A stretch of 64,000 nucleotides of DNA from Candidatus Peribacter sp. (GTDB taxonomy: Bacteria; Patescibacteriota; Gracilibacteria; Peribacterales; Peribacteraceae), in contig JABIBA010000013.1 of assembly GCA_018652955.1 (NCBI GenBank), forward strand, positions 164,253 to 228,252. The letters run 5' to 3'. The notes below the pieces were generated by a model. That model was given only the letters and a program-made list of their open reading frames with translations, was not told the DNA's origin and made no database searches. The position numbers and the translations under genes were made by a program. Shown piece by piece: positions 1 through 8,399 of the stretch. The stretch's first letter is position 1; each line of letters opens with the position of its first letter.

Positions 1-1175
1 TTGCAGGAGCTGGATCTCGCTACGAGCAAGAGCACGAGCGAGGAATCTCTCACTTCCTTGAGCACATGTTCTTTAAGGGAGGAGATCGTTATAAAAACAC
101 CAAAGAGGTGAGTGTGGCTATTGATGGAGTTGGTGGAGAATTTAATGCATTTACCGGAAAAGAATATGCAGGGTATTACGTTAAAGTTGCTGCGGAGAAT
201 ATCGATCTTGGATGTGATGTTATTGGTGACATGCTTTGCAACGCGTCTTTCCCTCAGGAGGAGATAGAAAAAGAACGTGGTGTGATTATTGAGGAAGATC
301 GTATGTACCAAGACACACCAATGTACCGAGCAGGTTGGGACTTTGAAGAATTGATCTTCGGAGATGTACCTCTAGGTTGGGATACGATTGGTACGCACAA
401 AGTTATTAACTCCGTACAGCAAGAAGATTTCCAGAAGCATAAAGATCGTCTCTACACTCCTGACAACCTCGTTATTACATTTGCAGGAAAGATTGACGAC
501 GGCCAAGCAATTGATCTTGGAGAGAAGTACTTTGGAACTATTGGTGGTAAAAAAGATGGTGACTTTGCACCACTCGAAAAATATGGATCTGACAAAGTAT
601 TCTTGCGTTCAAAAAAGACAGAGCAGTCTCACCTTGTGATTGGAGTTCCTGGAGTGAGCTCTCAAGACCCACGTCACTTTACCCACAAGTTGCTTGGAAT
701 TATCCTTGGTGGAAACATGAGCAGCCGAATGTTCTTAAACATTCGTGAGGCTAAGGGTATGTGTTATTACATCGATACGGATGCAGATTACTACCTCGAT
801 GCAGGTGCACTTAGCACTAGAGCTGGTATCGACCAGTCACGACTCAATGAAGCGATCAAACTTATTATTAATGAGTACGACAAAGTCGTAGAAGGAGGAG
901 TAGAAGAAGAAGAGGTAGCGCGTGCTAAGTCTTATATGAAGGGATCTATGATTCTTGGATTAGAAGACAGTGAAGAGCTCGCACACTTCTATGGAAAGCA
1001 GAAACTTCTCTATCCAAACATTCGTGATGTAGAGGATTACATCAAAGAGATCGAAAGTGTAAGCAAAGAAGGAATCGACCAGCTTGCCAAAGAACTCTTT
1101 GCCCACGAAAACCTTCGCCTTTCTGTTATCGGAAACACTGATGACAAGTCAGGACTTGAATCACTACTCGTATAA
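1..1175 (+). CDS. M16 (pitrilysin/insulinase-type) zinc peptidase, 5' end cut by window edge
   Basis: Frame is open from nt 3. Translation AGAGSRYEQEHERGISHFLEHMFFKGG carries the inverted zinc motif HxxEH (HFLEH). ORF 66..1175 is the in-window remainder. Confidence 0.85.
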   Translation, partial: AGAGSRYEQEHERGISHFLEHMFFKGGDRYKNTKEVSVAIDGVGGEFNAFTGKEYAGYYVKVAAENIDLGCDVIGDMLCNASFPQEEIEKERGVIIEEDRMYQDTPMYRAGWDFEELIFGDVPLGWDTIGTHKVINSVQQEDFQKHKDRLYTPDNLVITFAGKIDDGQAIDLGEKYFGTIGGKKDGDFAPLEKYGSDKVFLRSKKTEQSHLVIGVPGVSSQDPRHFTHKLLGIILGGNMSSRMFLNIREAKGMCYYIDTDADYYLDAGALSTRAGIDQSRLNEAIKLIINEYDKVVEGGVEEEEVARAKSYMKGSMILGLEDSEELAHFYGKQKLLYPNIRDVEDYIKEIESVSKEGIDQLAKELFAHENLRLSVIGNTDDKSGLESLLV

Positions 1176-1201
1176 TTTACCTTCTATTCACTCTTATTAT
1201 T

Positions 1202-1636
1202 ATGGAAAAAACTCTCATCCTCTTAAAACCAGACTGCGTACAGCAGAAGATCGTCGGAAAGGTTATCGCTCGCTTCGAAGAAGCAGGTTTTACTATTCGC
1301 GCGAACAAAATGATCCAGCTTACAGATGACGTACTCCGTGAGCACTACGCTCACATTGCTGAGTTCCCTTTTTACCCTTCTGTAGAAGAGTTCATGAAAG
1401 AGACTCCAGTAGTCGCTCTTGTACTTGAGGCTGACGGTATCATTGATACTATGCGTGAAATGCTTGGTGTTACTGACTGCCTAGAAGCAGATGCAGGAAC
1501 TATTCGTGCAGACTGGGGTAGCAAAGAAGACGGTAAGAACAAGATGTGCAACATCGCTCACGCTTCAGATTCTGCAGAGGCAGCTGAAGTAGAGATCAAG
1601 CGCTTCTTCTCAGAAGACGAGGTTTTCTCGTATTAG
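1202..1636 (+). CDS. ndk: nucleoside diphosphate kinase
   Basis: 144 aa. TLILLKPD N-terminus and catalytic His block NIAHASDS. Full-length NDK-like. Confidence 0.93.
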   Translation: MEKTLILLKPDCVQQKIVGKVIARFEEAGFTIRANKMIQLTDDVLREHYAHIAEFPFYPSVEEFMKETPVVALVLEADGIIDTMREMLGVTDCLEADAGTIRADWGSKEDGKNKMCNIAHASDSAEAAEVEIKRFFSEDEVFSY

Positions 1637-1926
1637 TCTTCTTGTACAACATTGAGTCGATAGACACTTCCATGATCACAAAGGACGTAGTACTGATTGT
1701 TTGATACTTCTACGATTCGTTTTATTGCTCGGAGGCGTCCTGTGACTGCTGACTCATCCTCCTCAAACAATGGTTGGTTATTCACTGAGACATAAAGGAT
1801 TTGCATTCTTATGTCTTCTCTTAGAACAGTATGAATATTTGCTGGGTCAACTTTTGCAAAATCAACATGTATCATTCCATCAATAACATGTTTCTCTTCG
1901 CCTTGTAGGGCTTCGAATGTTGTCAT
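1633..1926 (-). CDS. hypothetical protein (97 aa)
   Basis: Only long ORF in this interval. Its stop overlaps the ndk stop (TTAG). No recognisable motif. Confidence 0.4.
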   Translation of the reverse strand: MTTFEALQGEEKHVIDGMIHVDFAKVDPANIHTVLREDIRMQILYVSVNNQPLFEEDESAVTGRLRAIKRIVEVSNNQYYVLCDHGSVYRLNVVQED

Positions 1927-1938
1927 AGGAGATAAATA

Positions 1939-3180
1939 TTATTCCCCTTTTGTCAGAAGCTCAAGTGCAGTATCAAGCTGAGGATCTTCCTTTGCTTGGA
2001 TCTGTTCTCTTGTGCGTTCTACTTCGATATCTGGAGAGACTCCTTCTTTACCAAGATCCTTTCCAGATGGAGTAAGCCAGCGTGCTGTCGTAATGCGGAT
2101 ACTAGTTCCGCCTGGCAGGTCGAACACTTCTTGCACGGTTCCTTTACCGAAGGTTTGCTTACCGATGATTGTTGCTCTGCCGTTATCTTGCAGTGCTCCT
2201 GCAAGGATCTCTGAGGCAGATGCAGACCCCTCGTTTACCAAGACTACAAGCTCAACGTCTGGGGCAATAGGACGACCAGTAGCGTAGTGATGTGTAGGTT
2301 CACCTTCACGACGTGCAACAGATACTACTTTTCCTTTCTTCAGGAACATAGAAGAGAGGTCTATTGCTTTGTCTAGGTATCCTCCTCCATTAAAGCGCAC
2401 ATCAACGATGAGCCCATCTACTTCGTCTTCGAGGTGGCTCTTTACACCTTTTTCAAACTCTACTGTTGTCGTGTCTCCGAAGCGGTTAAGAGAGATGTAT
2501 CCGATTCTCTTTCCGTCGTATTCTTTTATTTCAGATTCAACACTCGGCACTTTAATGACGTCACGAGTAATAGTGATATCGAGTGAGCCCTCTCCTTTTC
2601 TTGTCACCGTAAGAGTGACATCAGTGCCCTTTGGTCCGCGGATGAGTTCTACAGCGTCTCCAAGGCTAAATCCTGTTACATCCTTTTCATCTACGCCAGT
2701 AATAACATCTTCTGGGAGGAGGCCTGCAGCTTCTGCTGGAGATCCTTTAAGAGGTGCCACTACGACAATTTGTTCATCACGCAGTGTAAGCTCTGCTCCA
2801 ATACCCTGAAGTCTTCCATTAAGAGACTGCTTAAATTCTTTGTTTTCCTGTGGAGGCATAAAGGTGGTGTATGGGTCACCAATTGCGCTGACAAGACCAG
2901 AGGTCGCTCCGTGCAACATCTTGGTGGTATCGAGTTTTTCAGGCGCTATGTAGTGCTTTGCCATGAGTCTCCATACACTCCATACCAAGCTAATATCGAC
3001 TTCTTCTTTAGGGTCACTAACGAGTACTCCACTTCCTACTCCTCCAGCGAAGCTTTCTTCGAGGGCAGAAAATTCTTTTTCAGTTTTTTGGCTTTCGCGT
3101 GTCATACCGATTTGCATGCCCAGAAATAGGGTAAGCACAGGAAGGATAACGAGGGTGAGGCTTTTGAGAAGTTTGATCAT
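1939..3180 (-). CDS. S41 carboxy-terminal processing peptidase with PDZ domain
   Basis: NEGSASASEI (catalytic Ser) and FGKGTVQ (Lys) blocks, plus PDZ-like GSPAEAAGLLPEDVITGVD. The ORF track starts at TTG 3231. The first ATG at 3180 (MIKLLKSL.., a TM anchor) is preferred because a -10 box lies 8 nt upstream. Confidence 0.85.
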   Translation of the reverse strand: MIKLLKSLTLVILPVLTLFLGMQIGMTRESQKTEKEFSALEESFAGGVGSGVLVSDPKEEVDISLVWSVWRLMAKHYIAPEKLDTTKMLHGATSGLVSAIGDPYTTFMPPQENKEFKQSLNGRLQGIGAELTLRDEQIVVVAPLKGSPAEAAGLLPEDVITGVDEKDVTGFSLGDAVELIRGPKGTDVTLTVTRKGEGSLDITITRDVIKVPSVESEIKEYDGKRIGYISLNRFGDTTTVEFEKGVKSHLEDEVDGLIVDVRFNGGGYLDKAIDLSSMFLKKGKVVSVARREGEPTHHYATGRPIAPDVELVVLVNEGSASASEILAGALQDNGRATIIGKQTFGKGTVQEVFDLPGGTSIRITTARWLTPSGKDLGKEGVSPDIEVERTREQIQAKEDPQLDTALELLTKGE

Positions 3181-3188
3181 ACCGGCAC

Positions 3189-3194
3189 ATAGTA
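3189..3194 (-). promoter_or_regulatory. -10 box TACTAT, 8 nt upstream of ATG 3180 (leaderless-type)
   Basis: Reverse complement of atagta at 3189-3194. Spacer gtgccggt, then ATG. No SD present. Confidence 0.4.
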
Positions 3195-3243
3195 CACTGC
3201 CTTTAAGAAAAAGTCGTAACTTGTCATACAAAAACGTATGACT

Positions 3244-3252
3244 TGCTAAAAT
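3244..3252 (+). promoter_or_regulatory. extended -10 TGcTAAAAT, 8 nt upstream of ATG 3261 (leaderless-type)
   Basis: tgctaaaat at 3244-3252, spacer atacctct, ATG 3261. Confidence 0.45.
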
Positions 3253-3260
3253 ATACCTCT

Positions 3261-3809
3261 ATGACTACTGCCACTATCAATAAAGAGATGACCGTGCGAG
3301 AGATAATGACTCTGGTACCTGCTGCTGCAGATATTATGATCGAGTATGGTCTGCATTGTTTTTCTTGCTCTGTTGGAGGCGTAGAAACTCTTGCAGAAGG
3401 TTGTCAGATGCACGGGTTTGACGAAGATACTGTTGAGGCGTTGGTAGAAGATATTAATAACGCACTTGGAGAAGCACCGAAACGTCCTCAAGAACTTATA
3501 ATCACTGCAGATGCAGCTCGCGGCATTCGTGATATTGCTCTTGCAGAAGAAAAGAAAGATCAGATCCTCGTAGTTACACTCGATGAGAACGGAGGGTTTT
3601 GTTTAGAGTTTCAAGAAAAGCCGTTACTTGGAGATATAGAATTCACGCACCCTGAGGTGTCTGATGTTCGCATCTTTGCATCAGTGCTTACGCTCAGTCG
3701 TATAGGAGGTTCTACTATTGATGTACGCGAAGGACGATTTAAATTGGATGTTCCGGAAGAAGAAGGGTGCTGTAAGGGTACGCAAGAGTCTTGTGGGTGT
3801 AGTGAATAA
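3261..3809 (+). CDS. fusion protein: DUF1858-like redox-disulfide domain + IscA/HesB-type Fe-S carrier domain
   Basis: N-terminal half YGLHCFSCSVGGVETLAEGCQMHG resembles the DUF1858 Cys pattern. C-terminal half (LIITADAARGIRD.., GGFCLEF.., terminal SCGCSE) fits the A-type carrier C...CGC signature. ATG 3261 is preferred over TTG 3243. Confidence 0.6.
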   Translation: MTTATINKEMTVREIMTLVPAAADIMIEYGLHCFSCSVGGVETLAEGCQMHGFDEDTVEALVEDINNALGEAPKRPQELIITADAARGIRDIALAEEKKDQILVVTLDENGGFCLEFQEKPLLGDIEFTHPEVSDVRIFASVLTLSRIGGSTIDVREGRFKLDVPEEEGCCKGTQESCGCSE

Positions 3810-3819
3810 GAGAATGAGG

Positions 3820-3825
3820 TATAAT
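3820..3825 (+). promoter_or_regulatory. -10 box TATAAT, 7 nt upstream of ATG 3833 (leaderless-type)
   Basis: Consensus tataat at 3820-3825, spacer ccaattg, ATG 3833. Confidence 0.45.
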
Positions 3826-3832
3826 CCAATTG

Positions 3833-4408
3833 ATGATTCGTCTGCCTGCTTCTCTCGAGCGCAAACTGAAGGAACTCTTTTCTCGGGCAGAGGACCGAAA
3901 TCGATTTGTCGCAGAAGTACTTACCGTCGCTTTGGAACAACAAGATCTACAATTTCAACGGGATGAACAACCAAGTGTCGGTGGCACGTTGCATTTATTT
4001 TCTGATGGAGGATCGCGTGGAAACCCAGGGCAAGCAGCAGTTGGGGCCATATTAGAAGATCCTGCTCGTGGAGAGATTATTCGAGAACACTACGAACGTA
4101 TTGGTATAGAGACGAATAATGTTGCTGAGTATAGGGCGCTTGTTGAGGGGATGAAGATGGCAAAGAGATATCACCCCAATCGTTTGGTGTGTCATTTAGA
4201 TAGTGAGCTCATTGTGAAGCAGCTCAACGGAGAGTACCGCGTAAAAATGCCAACACTCAAACCGTTTTTTGATGAAATCAATGAACTTGCAACACATTTT
4301 GAAGATATTAGTTATACCCATATCCCACGAAGTGATAATTACCGTGCAGATGCACTAGTGAATAAGGCGTTGGATGAACATCCCGCTCCACACTATGAAA
4401 GGCCTTAG
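3833..4408 (+). CDS. RNase HI-like ribonuclease with ~50-aa N-terminal extension (ribbon-helix-helix-like)
   Basis: Catalytic blocks SDGGSRGNPGQAAVGAIL, NNVAEYRALVEG, LDSELIVKQL, RSDNYRADALVNKA. The N-terminus MIRLPASLERKLKELFSRAEDRNRFVAEVLTVALEQ looks like a beta-strand plus two helices. Confidence 0.8.
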   Translation: MIRLPASLERKLKELFSRAEDRNRFVAEVLTVALEQQDLQFQRDEQPSVGGTLHLFSDGGSRGNPGQAAVGAILEDPARGEIIREHYERIGIETNNVAEYRALVEGMKMAKRYHPNRLVCHLDSELIVKQLNGEYRVKMPTLKPFFDEINELATHFEDISYTHIPRSDNYRADALVNKALDEHPAPHYERP

Positions 4409-5720
4409 TATTATTCTTGGTATTTTGTGTGCAAGCGTATCGCTTCCGAGTCTTGCAAACGCAGCTCCGTACTATCCTGAGCTTCTCTTCCGACATGATC
4501 ATCATCTATTTACCTTAAGACCAGGTGACTATCCTGCATGGCGCAAGACTACAGAGGTATGGGCGTATCGTGGGACAGAGATAACGCCACCACAAGCATT
4601 GCGTGTCGACGGAGATCACATTCCAAGTCTTCCAGAAGGAGTAACTAGATCTTTGCGCAACGTATGGAGTAGTGACGCAATAGAAGCAACCATCGCATCG
4701 CAGATTTCTAGTGTGATCGATAGGCCTCGCGGAGAAGTAACGATGCGCAGAGAGGACGGTGCTATTACGTTTGAAGGAGTAGGATTCTTAGGAAAAGAGG
4801 TGGATACAGCACGAACTGCACAGCTTGTAATAGATGCGCTTGAGCGTGGAGTTACCGATATTCATCTTAAGGTCACAGAGCAACAACCTATTATTCATGT
4901 GCTTGATCCAGACTTACAAGATAGTGGTATTCGCGAAGTGATTGCGATCGGCGAATCCATCTTTACGAGATCTGCACTTGCGAGACGTCATAATATTAAA
5001 GCAGGACTTGATAAATTTAACGGTCATCACATACCACAAGGCGAAACGTTTTCATTTAATGAAGTACTAGGCCCTGTAAATGCGCAGACAGGATACGTTA
5101 AAGAGTTAGTAATCTTGGGAGATAAAACATTACCAGACTTTGGTGGGGGTCTCTGTCAGGTGAGTACGACGGCCTATAGAGGTATCTGGGAGTATGGATA
5201 TCCTATTGCAGACCGTAGGAATCATAGCTTTGCCGTGCAGTACTACGCACCACAAGGAACAGATGCAACGATCTATCCCCCGTATACAGATATGAAGTTC
5301 GTAAACGATGGACCGAGTGACATCGTGATTCAAACACATGCAGAAGGAGACCGCGCGTTCTTTATTTACTACGGAATGCGTGACGAGCGTGAAGTAGAGA
5401 TTATCGGACCGTATGTCTGGGATAGGCGCGACCCTCCGCCAGATCGTATAGAGCACACTACAGATATTCCTCCGGGAACAGAGCGTATCGCAGGAAAGGC
5501 AGTTCCCGGTATGCAGTCTGCTTGGTTTCGCGTTACAAGAGATGAGAATGGCATAGAAGATATCGAACCGTTTTATTCGTATTACGAAGCGCGGCCGAAC
5601 TTTACACAGATTGGTTCGTATCCAGAACCGATTGCGCCTGTAACAGGACTCGACAAAGAAGACCTGCTCGATAGTAGGCAGAAGCGTCTTACAAAGCGGA
5701 GGCGCTCCTCACGTCGTTAA
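4395..5720 (+). CDS. VanW-domain protein, membrane-anchored/secreted
   Basis: Signal/anchor MKGLSIILGILCASVSLPSLANA. VanW blocks GETFSFNEVLGPV and GGGLCQVSTTAYRG. Start set to ATG 4395 (ORF opens at 4374). Confidence 0.8.
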   Translation: MKGLSIILGILCASVSLPSLANAAPYYPELLFRHDHHLFTLRPGDYPAWRKTTEVWAYRGTEITPPQALRVDGDHIPSLPEGVTRSLRNVWSSDAIEATIASQISSVIDRPRGEVTMRREDGAITFEGVGFLGKEVDTARTAQLVIDALERGVTDIHLKVTEQQPIIHVLDPDLQDSGIREVIAIGESIFTRSALARRHNIKAGLDKFNGHHIPQGETFSFNEVLGPVNAQTGYVKELVILGDKTLPDFGGGLCQVSTTAYRGIWEYGYPIADRRNHSFAVQYYAPQGTDATIYPPYTDMKFVNDGPSDIVIQTHAEGDRAFFIYYGMRDEREVEIIGPYVWDRRDPPPDRIEHTTDIPPGTERIAGKAVPGMQSAWFRVTRDENGIEDIEPFYSYYEARPNFTQIGSYPEPIAPVTGLDKEDLLDSRQKRLTKRRRSSRR

Positions 5721-6339
5721 TAACAGTTCCCGCCTTTAAAGGTCTTGAGCTTATTTCTGATAGCAAGGTTGCACAGAGGCCCGAAAATAACTTTCGTTCT
5801 TGATCTGAAAGTTCTGCAAGCTGATCCCATTTTTCAAGCGAGGATAGTGTGAGAAATGTTTTCTGTGCACTGGAACAGTTCGAAAAATATGCATTCTCTG
5901 CATCGGGTAGCATTCCTAAAATCTTAAGTAGTCGAATCGTAAATGGTAGGACGGCATGTTCTGGGTGGTCGCTGCATCGCTGTAGAAAATGGAGAGTAGC
6001 TTCAAATAAATCTTTCATTGGTTCCTCGTCGTGCAGTGTATTTAGCAGAAGCTCCATTCCTTGTTGTGCACTTAAAAATGCTGAGATGTCTCTGCAATCA
6101 AACGTTGATACTTTTTGCACATCAGAGACCATAAATCCTGCAGATCCTTCTCGTGCTTGGAGTTTTACGTGTTGCATTGGAAGTAGTGATCCACCCATTT
6201 TACTACCGAGCTTGCGCACACTGCGTGCTCTGGCGGCAATTTTCCCTCGCTCTTTTGTAAACAGAATACAAAAGCGATCTGCTTCACCAACATCATGCGT
6301 ATTGAGGATGATCGCTTCTAGGGAAATAGTATTTCCCAT
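5689..6339 (-). CDS. recO: DNA repair protein RecO
   Basis: N-terminal OB-fold block LEAIILNTHDVGEADRFCILFTKERGKIAARARSVRK. Start set at internal ATG 6339, directly after the ftsX stop (6342). Confidence 0.8.
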   Translation of the reverse strand: MGNTISLEAIILNTHDVGEADRFCILFTKERGKIAARARSVRKLGSKMGGSLLPMQHVKLQAREGSAGFMVSDVQKVSTFDCRDISAFLSAQQGMELLLNTLHDEEPMKDLFEATLHFLQRCSDHPEHAVLPFTIRLLKILGMLPDAENAYFSNCSSAQKTFLTLSSLEKWDQLAELSDQERKLFSGLCATLLSEISSRPLKAGTVINDVRSASAL

Positions 6340-6341
6340 TC

Positions 6342-7298
6342 TTATACGGCAAAGGAAATACGAGGGGACTCTACCTGTGGGCGTATGCCAAGCCACGCCC
6401 CACACACAGCAATGAGAGGAGCAATTGCCATCTCAGTTAGGATTAACATTGGAAGCATTGTGCGCAGCAATGGAGTGATCTCTGCTTGTAGAGGGCCGAG
6501 TGCACCTTGCGTCTGAAATGCTGGGATAATAAGAGGCAGTATTGCAATAAAAATAACCATCACAGCGCTGCTAAGAATAATAGAGATTAGCAGTAGTACA
6601 GCAGCCTCTGTAATAAAAGGGAGTGCAATAGAAAGGGGCTGTGCACCTGCAAGTCTCTCCACTAAGACTTCATCGGATCGAGCAATTGCCCTTCTACGCA
6701 CCAGTTCCGTTGTAATAAACACCAGTGCTACTACTGTTAGGGCTAAAATAATAATAGTAAGCAATCTCCCTGCTCTTGTAATAGCAAGAAGAGAAAATAC
6801 CTGCTGTTCTTGGTCTGTTATTTCTGAGAGATACGTAGGATTAATAACAGATTTCCATTCAGGCCTTTCTATAAAGGCAGCAAACGAAGAGTAGTCGTTT
6901 AACGTCGTTAGGGAGACACTAATAGTATCTCCAAATGGATTTTGCATTCTGTATTGCTCTAGAAATCCTATCAGTTTTGGATCAGTGCTTCTTGTTTGTT
7001 CGTATGCTTTTTCTTTTGTAATAAAATCCGCATCTTGGACGTACGGTAACCTCGTAAGAGCGCTGTAGAATAGTTGTACTTCACTATCAGTTGCTGATGC
7101 ATGTATTTCTAGTTGTAGATCCGTACGGTTTCTTAGCATTGCTTGCATTCCTTCTAATCCTGTTAAGACAAACACGAGTAGTTGCACCATTACAAATACT
7201 CCAAACAATGCACCAAGTGCTGTAAGCCATTGCTTTTCGCGCAGGAGTGTTAGCACCCCACGAGCAATACCTCTTTGAAATAACGTACGTGAAATCAT
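6342..7298 (-). CDS. ftsX: FtsX-like cell-division permease
   Basis: 318 aa. TM1, a ~110-aa external loop, then 3 TM helices. Conserved block VERLAGAQPLSIALPFITEA resembles the FtsX (vGAt..fI..PF) motif. Confidence 0.75.
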   Translation of the reverse strand: MISRTLFQRGIARGVLTLLREKQWLTALGALFGVFVMVQLLVFVLTGLEGMQAMLRNRTDLQLEIHASATDSEVQLFYSALTRLPYVQDADFITKEKAYEQTRSTDPKLIGFLEQYRMQNPFGDTISVSLTTLNDYSSFAAFIERPEWKSVINPTYLSEITDQEQQVFSLLAITRAGRLLTIIILALTVVALVFITTELVRRRAIARSDEVLVERLAGAQPLSIALPFITEAAVLLLISIILSSAVMVIFIAILPLIIPAFQTQGALGPLQAEITPLLRTMLPMLILTEMAIAPLIAVCGAWLGIRPQVESPRISFAV

Positions 7299-7897
7299 GA
7301 TTCTTTAAGCACTTGCTCCAGTTTCTGTACAGCCTTTATGCATTCCAATGCTTTTAGGCTTTCTGGCTCAAGTTCTAATGCGCGGTCGAAGAGTGATTTT
7401 GCTTTTATAATGTTTCGTGTTTGCAAGTATGCGACACCAAGGTCGCAGAGTGTGAGTGGGTTTTCGTTATCAAGATTAAGAGCGCGTTCTAGCGTCACGA
7501 TACCTTGTGCTTTTTGTCCTGAATTAAATAGAGCCCAACCAAGACATCGAAGGATCTCTGCATTATTTGGTCGAATAGAGTTTGATTTTTTAAGGTGCAC
7601 GATACCTTCTTCCCATTTTTGTTCTGAAGAACGTAAAAACCCAAGAATGTAATGTCCGGTATAACTTTCGTCGTCTAAAGCAGTGGCACGTGCAGCAGCA
7701 GCTTGTGCACGGTCGTAGTTTTCTAAACTCAATTCATTATCTGCTACTTCTTCAAGAGCGGAGATATTCTCCGGATCTTCTATAAGAAGTTGTTCCAGAA
7801 TTGTGAGCGCTTCAAGGTTTTGTCCCATCAGCTTGAGTTGCTCAGCTTCTTCTAGCCGTTCTAGTGTGTCACTAATTGGAGAAGAATCGTTATACAT
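7295..7897 (-). CDS. tetratricopeptide-repeat protein
   Basis: 200 aa with repeated TPR-like 34-aa units (e.g. ALELEPESLKA, ALNLDNENP). ATGA stop/start overlap with ftsX. Confidence 0.7.
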   Translation of the reverse strand: MYNDSSPISDTLERLEEAEQLKLMGQNLEALTILEQLLIEDPENISALEEVADNELSLENYDRAQAAAARATALDDESYTGHYILGFLRSSEQKWEEGIVHLKKSNSIRPNNAEILRCLGWALFNSGQKAQGIVTLERALNLDNENPLTLCDLGVAYLQTRNIIKAKSLFDRALELEPESLKALECIKAVQKLEQVLKES

Positions 7898-7965
7898 CGA
7901 TACCTAGTATTCTAGTTGATCTTTGTATTTCGCAAAGTATTACCCAAAGAAAATTTAACATGGTA

Positions 7966-8313
7966 TTAGTTCCCGTATACGAAGAAGTATGCGGTATTAA
8001 AGATAGCTTTCGCAGATAGTACGATTGCCATACCAAAGAGTGCACCAATCATAAGGTTCTTTCCTTTATTCTTATTTTCTTCACTGATAAAACCTGAGAT
8101 GTACATGAGTGAACCAATCATAAAGGCAGCAGCAGAGACAGCAAAGATCGTTACCGAAAGTGTACCAATAATATTAGCGATTACTTGGGTCCAAGATATT
8201 CCTCCTGCATAAAGCCCACTAACACTTAAGGTAGTGTCGACAGCATGTGCTTGCGAAATAGGCAGTAGGAGAAGAATAGCCGTTGTAGTCATATGAGACA
8301 GTGCAAGCTTCAT
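7966..8313 (-). CDS. small secreted two-helix membrane protein, VirB2/TrbC-pilin-like topology
   Basis: Start at ATG 8313 gives signal peptide MKLALSHMTTTAILLLLPISQAHA. This is followed by two long hydrophobic helices separated by a charged loop, SEENKNKGKN. Confidence 0.4.
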   Translation of the reverse strand: MKLALSHMTTTAILLLLPISQAHAVDTTLSVSGLYAGGISWTQVIANIIGTLSVTIFAVSAAAFMIGSLMYISGFISEENKNKGKNLMIGALFGMAIVLSAKAIFNTAYFFVYGN

Positions 8314-8319
8314 ATTCGT

Positions 8320-8325
8320 ATTATA
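8320..8325 (-). promoter_or_regulatory. -10 box TATAAT, 6 nt upstream of ATG 8313 (leaderless-type)
   Basis: Reverse complement of attata at 8320-8325, spacer acgaat, ATG. Confidence 0.45.
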
Positions 8326-8399
8326 TACACATTTTCGCATTTCGTTCACCATTTCTTTTTGAAGTGCGGTACAATAGCTGCCACCTTCTCTTTCTTTTT

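Noticed and set aside
8301-8399. ORF-track start of the PBP1A ORF at ATG 8301 (MQASYSYYIHIF...)
   Set aside because: These first 33 codons overlap the divergent pilin-like gene start and its promoter. They encode an implausible Phe/Tyr-rich peptide. An in-frame GTG at 8400, just before the Arg-rich tail and TM anchor, is more plausible.
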